From the human T2T-CHM13v2.0 reference genome, Homo sapiens, in NCBI RefSeq assembly GCF_009914755.1, contig NC_060946.1: a DNA stretch of 64,000 nucleotides. The stretch is one strand, 5' to 3'. This document shows positions 12,851 to 30,610 of the stretch, piece by piece. Made by a program: the position numbers and the translations under genes. The notes below the pieces were generated by a model. It saw nothing but the letters and a program-made list of their open reading frames with translations. It was not told the origin of the DNA and ran no database searches. Position 1 is the first letter of the stretch. Each line of letters starts with the position of its first letter.

Positions 12851-13085
12851 GTAGAGTGATTGAGAGTGGTCACACTAGATCCAGTCTGCTGGATTATACT
12901 CCAGCTCTGCTGCTTACGAGCCCTGTAATCATACAGTAATTACTTAACCCCTCTGAGCCTCAGTTGTCTCATCTGGAAAATAGAAATAATAATAGGGAAA
13001 AACTTGTAGAATTGCTGTAAAACTAAATGAGTATAATGTGTGCAGACTGCTTAACACAGTACATGGCTCAACACAAGTGTCCATA
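12851..13085 (+). mobile_element. MIR
   Basis: ttacttaacccctctgagcctcagttgtctcatctggaaaatagaaataataatag. Confidence 0.85.
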
Positions 13086-13349
13086 TCTTTCGTATCTTTA
13101 GCTCTAGTAAAATATTATTCTTCATGCATATTGTTTAAAGGGTTGAATAGTTGTACAAGCTTTCTTGCATAAAACACCAATTCTCTGCCCCTTTTGTCCA
13201 GCTTTCCTTTCCCCAGAAAAAATACTTACAATTTTTTAATTGACAATTTTGATGTTTACTTTTCCGTAACTAAGAAACTACCTTGTATAGCTACTTGTTG
13301 ATTTTTCAGTTTTAGACATTATCTAAGAATTGGTTCCACCAGACGTGCA

Positions 13350-13645
13350 TTTTTTTTTTTTTTGAGACAGAGTTTCACTCTGTTTCTCATGCTGGAGTGC
13401 TATGCTGTAATCATGGCTCACTGCAGCCTCAACCTTCTGGGGTCCAGCGATCTTCCTGCCTCAGTCTTCTGAGTGCCTGGGACTATAGGCACATGCCAGC
13501 ATGCCTGGAATATTTATTTATTTATTGTAGAGACAGGGTCTTGCTCCGTTGCCCAGGCTGGTTTTGAACTCTCCGGCTCAAGTGATTCTCTTGCCTCGGC
13601 CTCTCATAGTGCTGGGATTATAGGCATGAGCCACTGAGCCTGGCC
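13350..13645 (-). mobile_element. AluJ
   Basis: J-type atcatggctcactgcagcctcaacc, agacagggtcttgct; TSD aga(c/t)gtgcat. Confidence 0.92.
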
Positions 13646-14366
13646 AAGATGTGCATATCCTTGCCATACTTTCATCCTCCTAATCAACATCATGATTTTG
13701 ATTAGATCAATATTGTTTGTTTATATTATCATGACTGTGTAAATGCTATTCACAGCTGAGCAATGTGGTACATTATGATTACTTTTCCTTTCCTGTAAAC
13801 TTGGTTTTCCCTGGAGCTATTGATTGTCTTGTTTTTCTTTTAAATTTCTTTGTTCTCATCAGTAATTGAATCTAGTCTTTTCCGTTTGTCTAAATTTCTT
13901 CTTTTCTCAAGACATAAAGATGTTTTGGTTATTTTCTACCTATTTAATATTTGTGAGTAATATACACTGAGCCTCTAGGCCTGTTCCACCATAGATTACT
14001 AGCCCTTTTATTCTTAGAGCACAGATCTCATCTTGTAATATTCCTTATCAGTCATTCTGGGGATTCTTTTCACCTGTCTCCTGCGGACTATCTCTTATTT
14101 CTAATATCCTGTATCTTCTCTGTGGGTTACACTTTCTACTTTGTGGTTCATATTTTCTAGTAGTTTCTTGGGAAAGGAGTCAGAATTTTAAAAAAGGATT
14201 CGCATGTCTGAAAAATAATTAACTTTATTGACTCTTGATTGATATGTTAGCTAGGTATAGAATGCTACCTTGAAAATAAATTTTCTAATGAGTTTTAAAG
14301 ACATTCTGTTCCCCTAAATTGCCACTGCCTTCTAGTATCTGGTGTTGTTATTAAGAAGCCTGAAGA

Positions 14367-14651
14367 TTTTTTTTTTTTTTTGAGATGGAGTCTTGCTCTT
14401 GTTGCCTAGGCTGGAGAGCAGTGGTGTGATCTCGGCCCACTGCAACCTCTGCCCCACCAGGTTCAAGCAATTCTCTGCCTCAGCCTCCTGAGTAGCTAGG
14501 ATTACAGGTACCCACCACCACGCCTGGCTAATTTTTTTGTGTTTTTAGTACAGACAGGGTTTCAGCTGATCTTGAACTCCTGACCTCATGATCCACCCGC
14601 CTTAGCCTTCCAAAGTGCTGGGATTACAGAGGTGAACCACTGTGCTTGGCC
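14367..14651 (-). mobile_element. AluS with small internal deletion
   Basis: gggtttcagctgatcttgaac lacks the ccatgttggccagg segment; TSD tgaaga(t/c)tttt. Confidence 0.93.
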
Positions 14652-14994
14652 TGAAGACTTTTTGATTATTTGTCTTTCGTATGTGTTCTTTTTTGCCCAT
14701 TCTGTCTTGAGAACTTAAAGGATCTCTTTATCTCTGGTGTTCTAAAATTTCATGATTATGTCATTTGATTTGGGTTTATTTTCATCCATTTGTGTGGGCA
14801 TTCAATAAATTTTCAAATCTGAAAAAATATGCTATTTCTATATATTCTTGAATTATTTTTAGATGCCTCTCTTTAATTTTTTTTTGTTCTCCTTTTCCAG
14901 GACTTTTAAAAGATTACATGTCATCACCATGTAATGTGTACATATGGTGGTATAATTATGACTTTGTCATATACTTCGATGACATTGGCAATTA

Positions 14995-18775
<3,781 letters not shown>

Positions 18776-19150
18776 TTGGTTATCAAAGATCTTCCTTCAT
18801 TTTACCCTCTCCAGAGAAACAAACCTTTTCAAAAACAAATCTTGTTCAAAGTGGAGACCAATTACTTAACTTTGTGTCAAGAGAAAGGTGATCTGTATAT
18901 CTGTGAACTTAAGACAATTTTTCACAATCTTTCTTACTTTGATATTCTTTTCTCCTGCTTGTAAAGTATCTAATGGCACCGATTTCTGAGCTTTCTGAGT
19001 ATTCTATTATCTAAGTCAAGTTGGTTGCTGTTTTCCATACTTCCAGCAGAAGAATCTGCTAAGTCATTTACCACTTGTTCATGTGACTTCCAACTTTGAG
19101 AATTTTTTTGTGCCCTTATTTTCATTATTTTGGGTGTATACCTTAAAACT

Positions 19151-19486
19151 TAAACTAAAGAGCTTCTGCACAGCAAAAGAAACTATCATCAGAATGAACA
19201 GGCAACCTACAGAATGGGAAAAAATTTTACAATCTATCCATCTGACAAAGTGCTAATATTCAGAATCTACAAATAACTTAAACTGACTTACAAGAAAAAA
19301 AAAAACCACCCCATCAAAAGTAGGCGAAGGATATGAACAGACACTTCTCAAAAGAAGACATTTATGCAGCCAACAAACATATGAAAAAAAGCTCATCATC
19401 ACTGGTCGTTAGAGAAATGCAAATAAAACCCACAATGAGATACCTTCTCATGCCAGTTAGAATGGTGATCATTAAAAAGTCAGGAA
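19151..19486 (+). mobile_element. L1PA internal ORF2 fragment (no 3' UTR, no poly-A)
   Basis: taaactaaagagcttctgcacagcaaaagaaac...atcattaaaaagtcaggaa; translates MNRHFSKEDIYAANKHMKK. Confidence 0.92.
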
Positions 19487-19599
19487 CCATGTTAATTATA
19501 TTTTTAATGGAGTTACAAGGGAGAGAAAATAATTGTGTGTGCATGCATCTCTCTCTTTCTTCTGCTCATGGGTGTAACCCATTGTGATTACCCAGAGTT

Positions 19600-20310
<711 letters not shown>

Positions 20311-20739
20311 AACATGCCTGGAGTAGAGGCTATTGCTAATTACGTGTTAGTTAGTGTGTAAGTGAAGGAAACTTTTTAAATAATCTCCTCCTTCTTGATA
20401 TTTTCCTGCCTTATAGAGCAGCATCCAACAGTCTAGAACCTGGAAGAGAGGGCTAGAGGGAGGAGGTGAAGGTGAAGAGTGTAAATTCTGTGCTTTAAGA
20501 AGAAGTTACATCCACATGAAGAGGCCCATGCTTTGTGCCTATCCTCCATGTTGGGCTTCTATGCAGCATTGTCCACCTCTGGTGCTTTCCTGTGGGTTAT
20601 CTCCAGACCAGGAACAAGCTTGCTGTCACAGCTGGAGAGTGGCAGTTACTTAAAACTAAACCTAAAAAAAATAAAAGTTTTGCACCTTCAGCTTTTTCCT
20701 TTATTGTATCTCCTTTTTTTTTGGTTTAGTAGTAGTCTT

Positions 20740-21020
20740 TGAATATTTTTACTTATGAAACCTAAAAATAATTGCGGACAATAATATGTCCCCCAAAAGG
20801 TTTTGAATTGACACCTACAATGTGTATCTTAAGTTTAAATAGTTGCCAAGGAAGAAATTTTCTGTGAATTATAAATAGTAACATTTTAAAATAAAACTGC
20901 CATATTGTGCTTAAATGTATCTATAAGCAATTAGAAACTCACCATCATATATTAAAAATATGCAAGAGTAATTTATTTTTGGTTAACAGGATATTTCACA
21001 TTCTTAGGTAAATATTGTTA
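20740..21020. mobile_element. hAT-Charlie relic (MER113-like)
   Basis: ttgacacctaca...taagtttaaatagttgccaagga...acattttaaaataaaactg. Confidence 0.45.
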
Positions 21021-21439
21021 GGCATAGGTCAAAGTATTGATTTCTAACATTAAGCTTTGCCCTTGTCGGAAATGTTTACAGGACAGGCAAAGCAAGGCAG
21101 TCCTGTGGAGCCCTGTGATTTAGTGTGGCTTTCCAGACTCCAGTATTTCATCCAGGCCCATTAGTGCCTGGTAAGTTTTCATATCTCTAGACAAGACACC
21201 ATGGTACAATTCAAGATGAATAAAGGGCATGTCTTTCTTTTAAAGTCAAAGAAGGTGATTGAAAGAGAACATGGAAACAGAGGGCCTCTGCAGGAGCCTG
21301 TTCAGGCACATCAGTTTTAGGAAAGAATACATTTGGAAGTTGAATGTCAGGACATTGATTTCTTGAAAACTATGCCTGTCCAAACGTTTCTTGAAAAGAC
21401 TTCATCCCCAGGGGCATGTGCACCCACCTTTGAAGGCCA

Positions 21440-22060
21440 CATATTTCCCTGAAAGTGCTCTCTCCTGGGATTCTTCCCACCTGGCTATGTTTTTCATCCT
21501 CATTCTGGCATTATGGTCATATGCCTTGTTCCTAAAAGCTGGCATGCTTCACAGGCTCTGTTCATGGTAGACATCTCTTCTTAGTACATAATTTCCTTTG
21601 ATAAACTCATCCATACCCTATATTTGCTGATAAATCTCAAGTCTATATCTTCAGATCAGACCTCTCTTCTGAGCTCTGGATCCATGTAGCCAAATTATTT
21701 AAGATAAATTTCCACTCTGCTATTCCACATGCCACTGCCATTCTGTCCACTATCACTCTCTTCTCCTTCCCTCATGTTTAATCCTCCACCAATATCAAAC
21801 CACTTATAGTTTCCTTAGGGAATCATGCTTTTCCGCATCACTGTCTTTTTGTGCATGCTTTCCTGGAACATCCACACACATTAGTCAGCCTGTCCAACTC
21901 ATCCCTCAAGTACTAGCCTAACCATGACCTAACTGATGATGCTTACCCTATTGTCCCAGGCAGACTCTTCCTCTTATGTCCCCACTGTACTCTGTCCTGT
22001 ATACACAATTAAGACAGTTGTCTTTTTGTTTTGTAGTTCCTTATTTGCTTGTCCTAATTT
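21440..22060 (+). mobile_element. L2 relic
   Basis: tgctgataaatctcaagtctatatcttcagatcagacctctcttctgagctc. Confidence 0.65.
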
Positions 22061-23469
22061 GAATTCATTCATTTGGCACAAATATATTGAATTTCTAATA
22101 TGTAATTGGTAATCTGTTAGGTCATGAGAGAAGAAAGACAAAGAGAGCACTCACTTCAAGAAGCGTATGTCTCTTGAATACCCCCCTTATCCATTCACTT
22201 CTTCTCTCACTTGATTCTGCATTCCTCCCAGCAACTGGACAGGAGTCACTGTATTAAAAGAGGCTTAGTATACAGAGAAGGTCTGCAAGTAAATGAATAG
22301 ATCTAACCTAGGTGCTTTGGACGTTGTGAAGATGCTTTGAGACTTCAACGGTAGGCATTGGGTGTGCATATGCTGATACTGGGTACCCTCAAAGGATTTA
22401 TGGCCTCACTCAGAGTAGTGAGAAGGGTGCCTCATATATTTGTGTATGTATCTGATTATAAATTATATGCTCTATATGGTCCCCTAACTTCTGAGAATGA
22501 AGAATATTTCTTAGGAACTTAGTTATTTTTAAGTGATGTTAGAATTCTGTTTTTCTCCCTGACAATTTGTGTTCTTTAGTTGTTATAGTCTGCTTCCTCC
22601 CTACCACCTAACAGCTTCTGTCTCTGTCTCTATCTCTCTGTCTGTCTCTGTCTCTCATGCCCCCACCCTCCATTCACTTCTTCTCTCACTTGGTTCTTCA
22701 TTCCTCCCAGTCACTGGACAAAAGTCACTGTATTAAAAGAAAGGAAGGAAGACACTTTCAAGGCATTAATTTTTCAGAACCATGGACAGAGGGGTTCCTC
22801 AACTGTTTTGCTCATGGTGTTCTTACTTGCTAGATTTGAGCCCAATCTGGAGATGAGGAGAAGAGTGGGCTAAAATCATGAAAGAAGAGCAGGCAAAGGT
22901 AGGATGCTGACAACTTCTGGTGAGGCAGAACCTGCACGTGGTGCTGTCGGTGTCAATTCCAGGTCTGGTTATCTAAATGTTGATGGGTGTCTTCATTCTC
23001 TTGACTTTGTGCTGAGGCCAGGCCTTCAGCAATGAAATTTTTCAGAGCAGGGAGGAAGAGCACAGCATACTGACTTCCTAATTAAGATTTCCTAGGGCTA
23101 GGTTGAATTGGCTATTGTTTCCTCTGTAAACACTAATGGACAAAGAGTCAAGAGTGGCTGATGGCACACTGGTTGGAAAATAAGGGGCATTTGCAGATGG
23201 ATTAGGAAAGAACATGTCACACCCAGTTAATCAAGATTAGGGAATAACCAGAGTTTATGTGCAAAAGAATTTTAAATCCCATGTAAACTGGCTTCATAGG
23301 CTTGCTAATGGAATTTGTGCAGTGCCTGATACTGAGGGGACAGAGAAGAGATGGAGACATGTCAAGTTAATCTTTTCAAGAGTTTTTCTTTTCCTTCTCT
23401 AACTCTCTGAACACTTAATTGATTTTTCAACCAGCCTAATTTGGGTAACACAATAAATACTTATGGGAG

Positions 23470-23812
23470 AATGTGTCTGGGGTTAAAAGCCCATATTTAG
23501 GTGTCAGATATACACATCACCTAAATTTAAGTAATTCATCTACTTTTTGATTTACATGTAACCTTGAGCAAGTTATTAAATTTCCATAAAATCCCAGCCC
23601 TATATAGTCCTTGTGAATGGCAGTCCTGGAGTTGTGCAATGCATGGATCTCCTGGCTGTATATGGCTGCTGGAAACCTCATGATCTCATCTGAAAATAGG
23701 GATAACATCTTCCTCATGGCAACGATGGGAGAGTTAGGTAGGTTAATGCACATAGATTGCTTAGTTGGGTAACCGACATGGAGTAGTTGTGTAATAACTA
23801 TTGGTTATTAAT
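23470..23812 (+). mobile_element. MIR interrupted by a MER91A-like hAT MITE (~23595-23672)
   Basis: tgtaaccttgagcaagtta[...cctggagttgtgcaatgca...]ctcatctgaaaataggg. Confidence 0.6.
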
Positions 23813-23819
23813 ACAGTTA

Positions 23820-23970
23820 TGTGCCAGCGATTTTATAGGATTATTAAATTTAATCCCCACAGTCATTCCTATAAGGAACACCTTGCCCAGGGTCCTACAG
23901 CTAGTAACTGAAACATCTTGCCTGAATTTAATTTAGGCAGTCAAACTCCAGAGCCTGTGCTCTTAACCCG
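23820..23970 (-). mobile_element. MIR
   Basis: cttgcccagggtcctacagctagtaa...actccagagcctgtgctcttaacc. Confidence 0.75.
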
Positions 23971-25879
23971 CATATCATGAATAACATGTCCATTTTCCTT
24001 CTTTCCTTCCTCTCTCCCTTTTTTCCTCCTGCCTCCTTCTCACTGCCTCTCCCTCTCTCCATCCCTTCATCTTCACCATCATCATCATCACAATCATTAT
24101 CATTACTCTCTATTATTTACCTGTCTACGTATCTCTATCAACCATCTATCTTTCTATTTACACATATTTATGTACATATAGTTAGCCCAATAATACAGAA
24201 AACAAAACTGAAGCTTAGAGAACTCAACAGATCCCAGATAACAGAGCCAGTTTTCTAGTCTAGAGCTGTTTGACTCCAAAACCTGTGCTGGAATGATTTT
24301 TTCACTACATCAAGATTATGACTAAATGTAGTTGTAATTCTTTCTCAGCGCAGTTATTTTCAATTGCACTGGTATGAAAGAAAAATATAAAAATGTCAGC
24401 TCTCTCCCTCACCCATTTGTGCTTCTAGCAAACAAGAAGGTACATTTTAATAAGAGGCGTCAGAGCTGATATTTTGGGGATAGATGGTACATACTTTCAG
24501 GAATTAGGATGTCACCCTTTATCACTCACGCACTGTTGAAGGCTGTGATGGCTTCGTGTCTGGCTGTTCTGTCCTTTTTCCAAGCGCCACCGCAAATACT
24601 ACTACTGTTTTAAAAGCAATGAGCTTGCTTAGAGAAAACCAGCACCCATAAAAGTGTGACACGCCCTGCACGTGTTTATAGAAAGACACTTTATGGAGCC
24701 AGCACAATTATCTGCAGTAACAGAGGAGAGTTGGCAGCATACAAATCTAAAACAGCAGGCAACCCTCGAATCATCACTTTTTGGCTTTGCAATGCATAGA
24801 ATTCATTGGGATAATTTTGCATTTGATTAACTTTCCTAATTAGGCTTCCCATAAACCAGCATGACCTCTTCAGCGTCTCTCCCAAAATACATAAATCCCT
24901 TGGCAGTAGTTTCCAATTATTTGGGAGCTGACTCCTGGTTAGTGCCCTTTCCCATCTTTGTGTCAATTGCTCAGACTTATTGCCTCTCTCCATAATGTCC
25001 TGTGCTTCAGCCTACCCTGCTCACTCTCAGTGGATGACCTCACTCCAACCCCACTAAGAAAACGAAGACATGCCAGCATAATTTTGTTCAATTTCTCTCA
25101 CATCCATCTCCAAAGAAGATTTCTAAGTAAGCACGTGTCACAGCTTTCCTGGAAACTCTCATTTTTAATTATTCTTTCCTATTTTCCCAGTAAACCTTAG
25201 AAATCCTTCGAAATGCTAATATTTTTGAACTGAATACAAATGTCCCTAGATTGCCTATCTTGGACCCCAAATGACACAAACTGCTTTGTGTTCAGATATT
25301 TAGTGGAAAAATGTGGGCACTTGCCCAAGTCTACTGCTTTCCGTACCACTTCTGAGGAAGAGGTAGTCCCCGCTCCTTTCCAAAATAAACCATCCTCTGT
25401 GTCCTGGTTCCGATTTCCTTTCAGGAGACAATGATATTTCTTGTTTTCTTCTATTTTCAAGCTCTTCATTTCTAGTGGCTCCTTTGGTTAGCCTCCAAAA
25501 GTACTTTGGTGATCGCCTTACGAAAATAAAAAGAAAGCAAAAACTCCTTACAAAGATTAAAAGAAAGCAAAAATTTTTCTGGAACTCAGCATTTTCCTCA
25601 AGCTGCTCCTTGAGGAAGGTGATTTTTTTCTTCTCTTTGATTGCTATGATTTGTCTTTATCTCTCACTCATTACCCAACCTGCAGTGGTCTTTCTTTTGT
25701 TTTATCTTTTCACTGAACGTGTACTTTGCAAGGAGACCAATCACGTACATGTAAACATTTTTCACATGATATTGTCTTTGATGTCGGTTCTCTCCCACTA
25801 GACTTTCTGCTCTGTGAGGCCAGGGAGCCTTATTAATTCTGTGTATCAGAATTCCACACAGGTTGTAGCATATTGTAAC

Positions 25880-26234
25880 CATATCAATCTGTTCTCATGC
25901 TGCTAATAAAGACATGCCCAAGACTGGATAATTTATAAAGGAAAGAAGTTTAACTGCCTCACAGTTCACCATGGCTGTGGAAGCCTCAGGAAACTTACAA
26001 TCATGGCATAAGGGGAAGCAAACATGTCCTTCTGGCAGTGCCAAGCAGAAGAGGGAAAAGCCCCTTGTAAAACCATCAGATCTCGTGAGAACTCACTATC
26101 ACGAGAACAGCATGAGAGTACCCCGCGCCCATGATTAATTATCTCCCACTGGGTCCCTCCCATAACACGTGGGGCTTATGGGAACTACAATTCAAGATGA
26201 GATTTGGATGGGGACACAAAGCCTAACCATGTCC
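25880..26234 (-). mobile_element. THE1C/D solo LTR
   Basis: ctcatgctgctaataaagacat...aaaccatcagatctcgtgagaactcactatcacgagaacagcatg...aattcaagatgagatttgg. Confidence 0.92.
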
Positions 26235-26870
26235 ATAATTTAGCTAACATTCATAGAATGAAGGAGCTCTGCAAAATTCAATGCATCCTTTGCATTGTCA
26301 CTCTGATGGTCTTCTCAGATGCATTTGCTGCTGCTGACTCTCCATCCTTCTTGAAATTCTCATAATCTGGATTCTAGGCTATAGCTCTTTTTCTCTATTC
26401 TTATCTCAACCTGCTCCTAGAAGTAATGAGTAGGGTCTTTTTTATCCTGTACCCCTAGTGTCTTATACAGGATTGTAATGAATTGAATGGGTGAATCACA
26501 CTGGATATATAAAAATTTCCTGTATTCTGCTTTCATTCCAAGTCAGGTATTACCTAAATAGATTTTTAATTCTGAGAAATGTCTGGTCTCTTTAGTATGT
26601 GATAGTTTGAACTCCACCTTATTTATACCCATGGATCATAAAACACTTCCTGCTAATAAGTATGGAATGCTCTCTTTGTATTTAACCTCACATTTTTTTG
26701 AAATAAGTAGCCTAAAGAAGTTTTAAATCGAATTTCAACTAAGATATCTGATTGAAGGTCAAGTGTGCCTTATCTCTTTTGCAAGAAGAAGCAATAAATG
26801 TGCCCAAAGCTACCTGCAAGATGAGTGGTTAATGTGAAATTAAAAGCTAGACTTACTGCCCTCAAGACTA

Positions 26871-27405
26871 TGTGATAGGCTGGCTGATTGTAAAAATCGC
26901 TTTAATTCTTTATACCTTCCTCTATCCTTGCCGTTTGCAATGTGATTTCATTCAGCAGGCTTCTCACCCCTGCCCTTGAACCTTGGCTGGCTTTATGACC
27001 TGCTTTGGCCTGTTGAATGGGTAGAAGTGACTGCGTGCCAATTTCCAGTTTCAGCTTAGGGCTGAAGCAGTCTGGCAGGCTTCCATTTGTTTTCTTAGAA
27101 CCCCATCATCTCTAAGTGAGCAAAATCAGAGTAATGCATTAAAGGAAAAATCATGTGAGGTGAAGGTGAATCACTTCAAATCATACCATCCTAGACCAGC
27201 CAACACTCAGCCACTGGCCAGCTGACTGCAGATACATGAGCCAGCCTAGCCAAGATCAGCCCAGTTCAGTCCAGCCCAGCCCAGCCCAGCCCAGGAACAC
27301 CACTCTGTAAACCCACAAATTTATGAGCTAAATAAATGCTGAGCATTTTAGGACATTGTATTTTAGGATGATTAGCATATCTAGACAATAGAAAAGGCTG
27401 AATCA
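26871..27405 (+). mobile_element. MLT1H-type MaLR solo LTR
   Basis: tgtgataggc start; catcctagaccagcc; atgagctaaataaatg; internal (CCCAG)n. Confidence 0.7.
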
Positions 27406-27487
27406 AAATTGTCTGATTGGTGTGTCTGACCATCTTAATGATGAAATCATAACAACTGTCTGATTGAGCCAGCTGTTGTCTTGACTG

Positions 27488-28361
27488 TTTTTTTAACAGC
27501 TTTATTGAAATATAATTCACATGCCATACAATTCATCTATTTTAAGCGTATAATTCAATAGTTTTTAGCATATTCACAGTTGTGCAACCATCATCACAAT
27601 CAATTTTAGGCCATTTTATAGCCCTCCCCCACAAAACCCCATACCCATTAGCAATCACTCCCCACTTCTCATAACCTTCTCCCTCAGCCCTAGGCAAACA
27701 CTAATCTATTTTCTTCTCTATAGATTTGCCTACATGGAAATAGCATATAAATGGAATCATGCAATATGTCATCTTTTGTGATTGGCTTCTTATACTTAGC
27801 TATGTTCATCCATGTTGTGGCATCTATCAGTACTCACTTATTTTCATTACTGAATACTATTTCATAATGTGGATATAGCATGTTTTATTTTTTCACTATT
27901 CACTTGAATATTTGTGTTGCTTTCACTTTTTGGCTATTATGATTAATGCTGCCGTGATCATTTGTGTACAAGTTTTTTTGTGAACATACATTTTCATTTC
28001 TCTCGTATATGTACCTAGGAGTGGAATTGTTCAGTCATATTGTAACTCCATGTTTAATCTTTTGAAGAACAGTCACATTATATTCCAGAGTGGCTGTACC
28101 ATAGTTCATTCCAACCAGCAGTATATGAAGGTTCTAATTTATTCACATCCTCACCAATACTTGTTATTATTTGTATTCTTGATTATAGCCATCCTAATGG
28201 CTATCTTGTTATGTTTTAATTTGCAATTCCTTGGTTGCTAATGACGTTGAGATCTTTTCATGGATTTATTGTCACCATTTGTATATTTTCTTTGGAGACA
28301 TGTTTATTCAGGTCCTTTGCCAATTTTTAACTGGGTTTTTTCTCTTTTCATTGTTGAATTA
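27488..28361 (-). mobile_element. L1MB (MB3/MB4-like) 3' fragment
   Basis: acagctttattgaaatataattcacatgccatacaattca...; degenerate TSD tgtcttgactg (27477-27487) / tatcttgattg (28362-28372). Confidence 0.88.
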
Positions 28362-28449
28362 TATCTTGATTGCTAGTTGCTGTGTCTAACGCTAACATTT
28401 CAGTTGAAATTCAGTTCCCCAATATTTTTTACTAAACTTTGCTTTAGGT

Positions 28450-28940
<491 letters not shown>

Positions 28941-29789
28941 TCTTGGCCCATATATTCCTAGGTGAAGTAATGTTTAGAATGAGGGGACTTTCTTGTGTAT
29001 TGCAGGCCAATATCAGGAAGAAAATAAAGGCCTCCAACTTGTGTACCTTGATATATTACTTTCACTATGTTTTGTAGGCTTAAGAAATGCTGCGTTTGGA
29101 TAGAAGCAATGGGCAAAGGATGCACGGATTCAGCTGTAATACTTTATGAACAGCTATTGAGAAGTACAGACTCACTTTCTGTAAATTGTAACTCACAGGC
29201 CCCAGAGGAATAAACTAACAAGAACTCAAAGAAAAAAACAACTATTTACTATACCCTGCTATGCTCAGTAGCAGTTGTCCACATAGACCCCTGCCTGGGA
29301 GATGGGGAGGGGAGTGGGAGAAGGAGGCATTGAGCAGATTGTGGAGGGCAGTCGTGCAGAGATGGGAGCAGTGGAATGGTCTTGAGCATATAAAATCAGG
29401 GTGTAGGTACCAATTAAACATCATCAGCTTCCATAGTCCAGATTCAAATTCTGAGAGAAAAGTGCTATCACAGACCCTTTTACAAAAGGTCCGAGAAGAA
29501 CTCCAGCTTTTGGGTTGGGCACTACTGCTAGCAGTAATAAATGTACTTTTAGTCTTTACTCTGTACGAATTCTTTACAAAGAGATTTGTGGCAGAGTTAA
29601 TTATGTAACCAATCCATTTAAAAGCAGGATATGAATTTGTAAGCCATCCTCGCACCTGCTTAAATAAGGACAGAAAAAAGCCTAGAAGGAAGTAAACCAA
29701 AAGATTAACATTCTGAACATTACCATTTTTCCAAAGTCAGAATTAAGTGATTTTTAAAAAAATTAGTAAATTTCTTTTTCAAGGTTGGG

Positions 29790-30030
29790 AACATTTAGAT
29801 TTAAGCGCATGGAATCAAGAGCCAGGCTGCCTGGATTTAAATCCTAGCTCTGCTACTTATTAGCTTTGTGATCTTGGAAAGATTAATATCCACCTCTGTG
29901 TCTCAGTTTCATCTTCTCTAAGATAAGAATAATAGTAAGATATTTTTCACAGAGCTGATGTGAAGATTAAATGAGCTGATCTATTTAAAGTGCTTGCTAT
30001 GGGTATCTGGCATTTGGTAAACACTATATA
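29790..30030 (+). mobile_element. MIR
   Basis: aatcctagctctgctacttattagctttgtgatcttgg...tctcagtttcatc...gaagattaaatgag. Confidence 0.85.
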
Positions 30031-30149
30031 TGTTTTAGACACATATATAGTCAACACTATGTATGTGTTTACTAAATAAATGTATAGTGTTTACTAAATA
30101 ATATCATCATCATCACCACGGTTTTAATGCCATTGATTTTTTGACTGGC

Positions 30150-30290
30150 TCATTCATTCATTTATTCATTCAATTCAATTCATTCATTCATTCATTCATT
30201 CAGCATTTGCCATGTGCCAAGCCCTGCACAAGGCATTAACGGTACAGAGATAGGAAAGTGGGGGTCTTGTTCTCAAGCTCATGAAGTTCC
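30150..30290 (-). mobile_element. L2 3' end with (CATT)n tail
   Basis: cattcattcattcattcag...atgtgccaagccctg. Confidence 0.7.
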
Positions 30291-30309
30291 AATAGAAAAC
30301 CACTCTCCT

Positions 30310-30610
<301 letters not shown>

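Larger units (their letters stand above)
13100..14910 (-). mobile_element. HAL1/L1ME-type ancient LINE relic (contains two Alus)
   Basis: ttagatcaatattg...tcatgactgtgtaaatgctattcacagctgagc...gattacttttcctttc resembles HAL1; probably resumes at ~18780-19550. Confidence 0.55.

Noticed and set aside
19333-19587. ORF MNRHFSKEDIYAANKHMKK
   Set aside because: L1 ORF2 C-terminal fragment running into flanking DNA.
22190-22740. Repeat-spacer-repeat as a CRISPR-like array or LTR pair
   Set aside because: Only two copies, human DNA, no cas genes, no TG...CA termini or primer-binding site.
29242-29700. Overlapping 152-aa and 115-aa ORFs in non-repeat sequence
   Set aside because: No recognisable domain or exon boundaries; length is within chance expectation for 64 kb.
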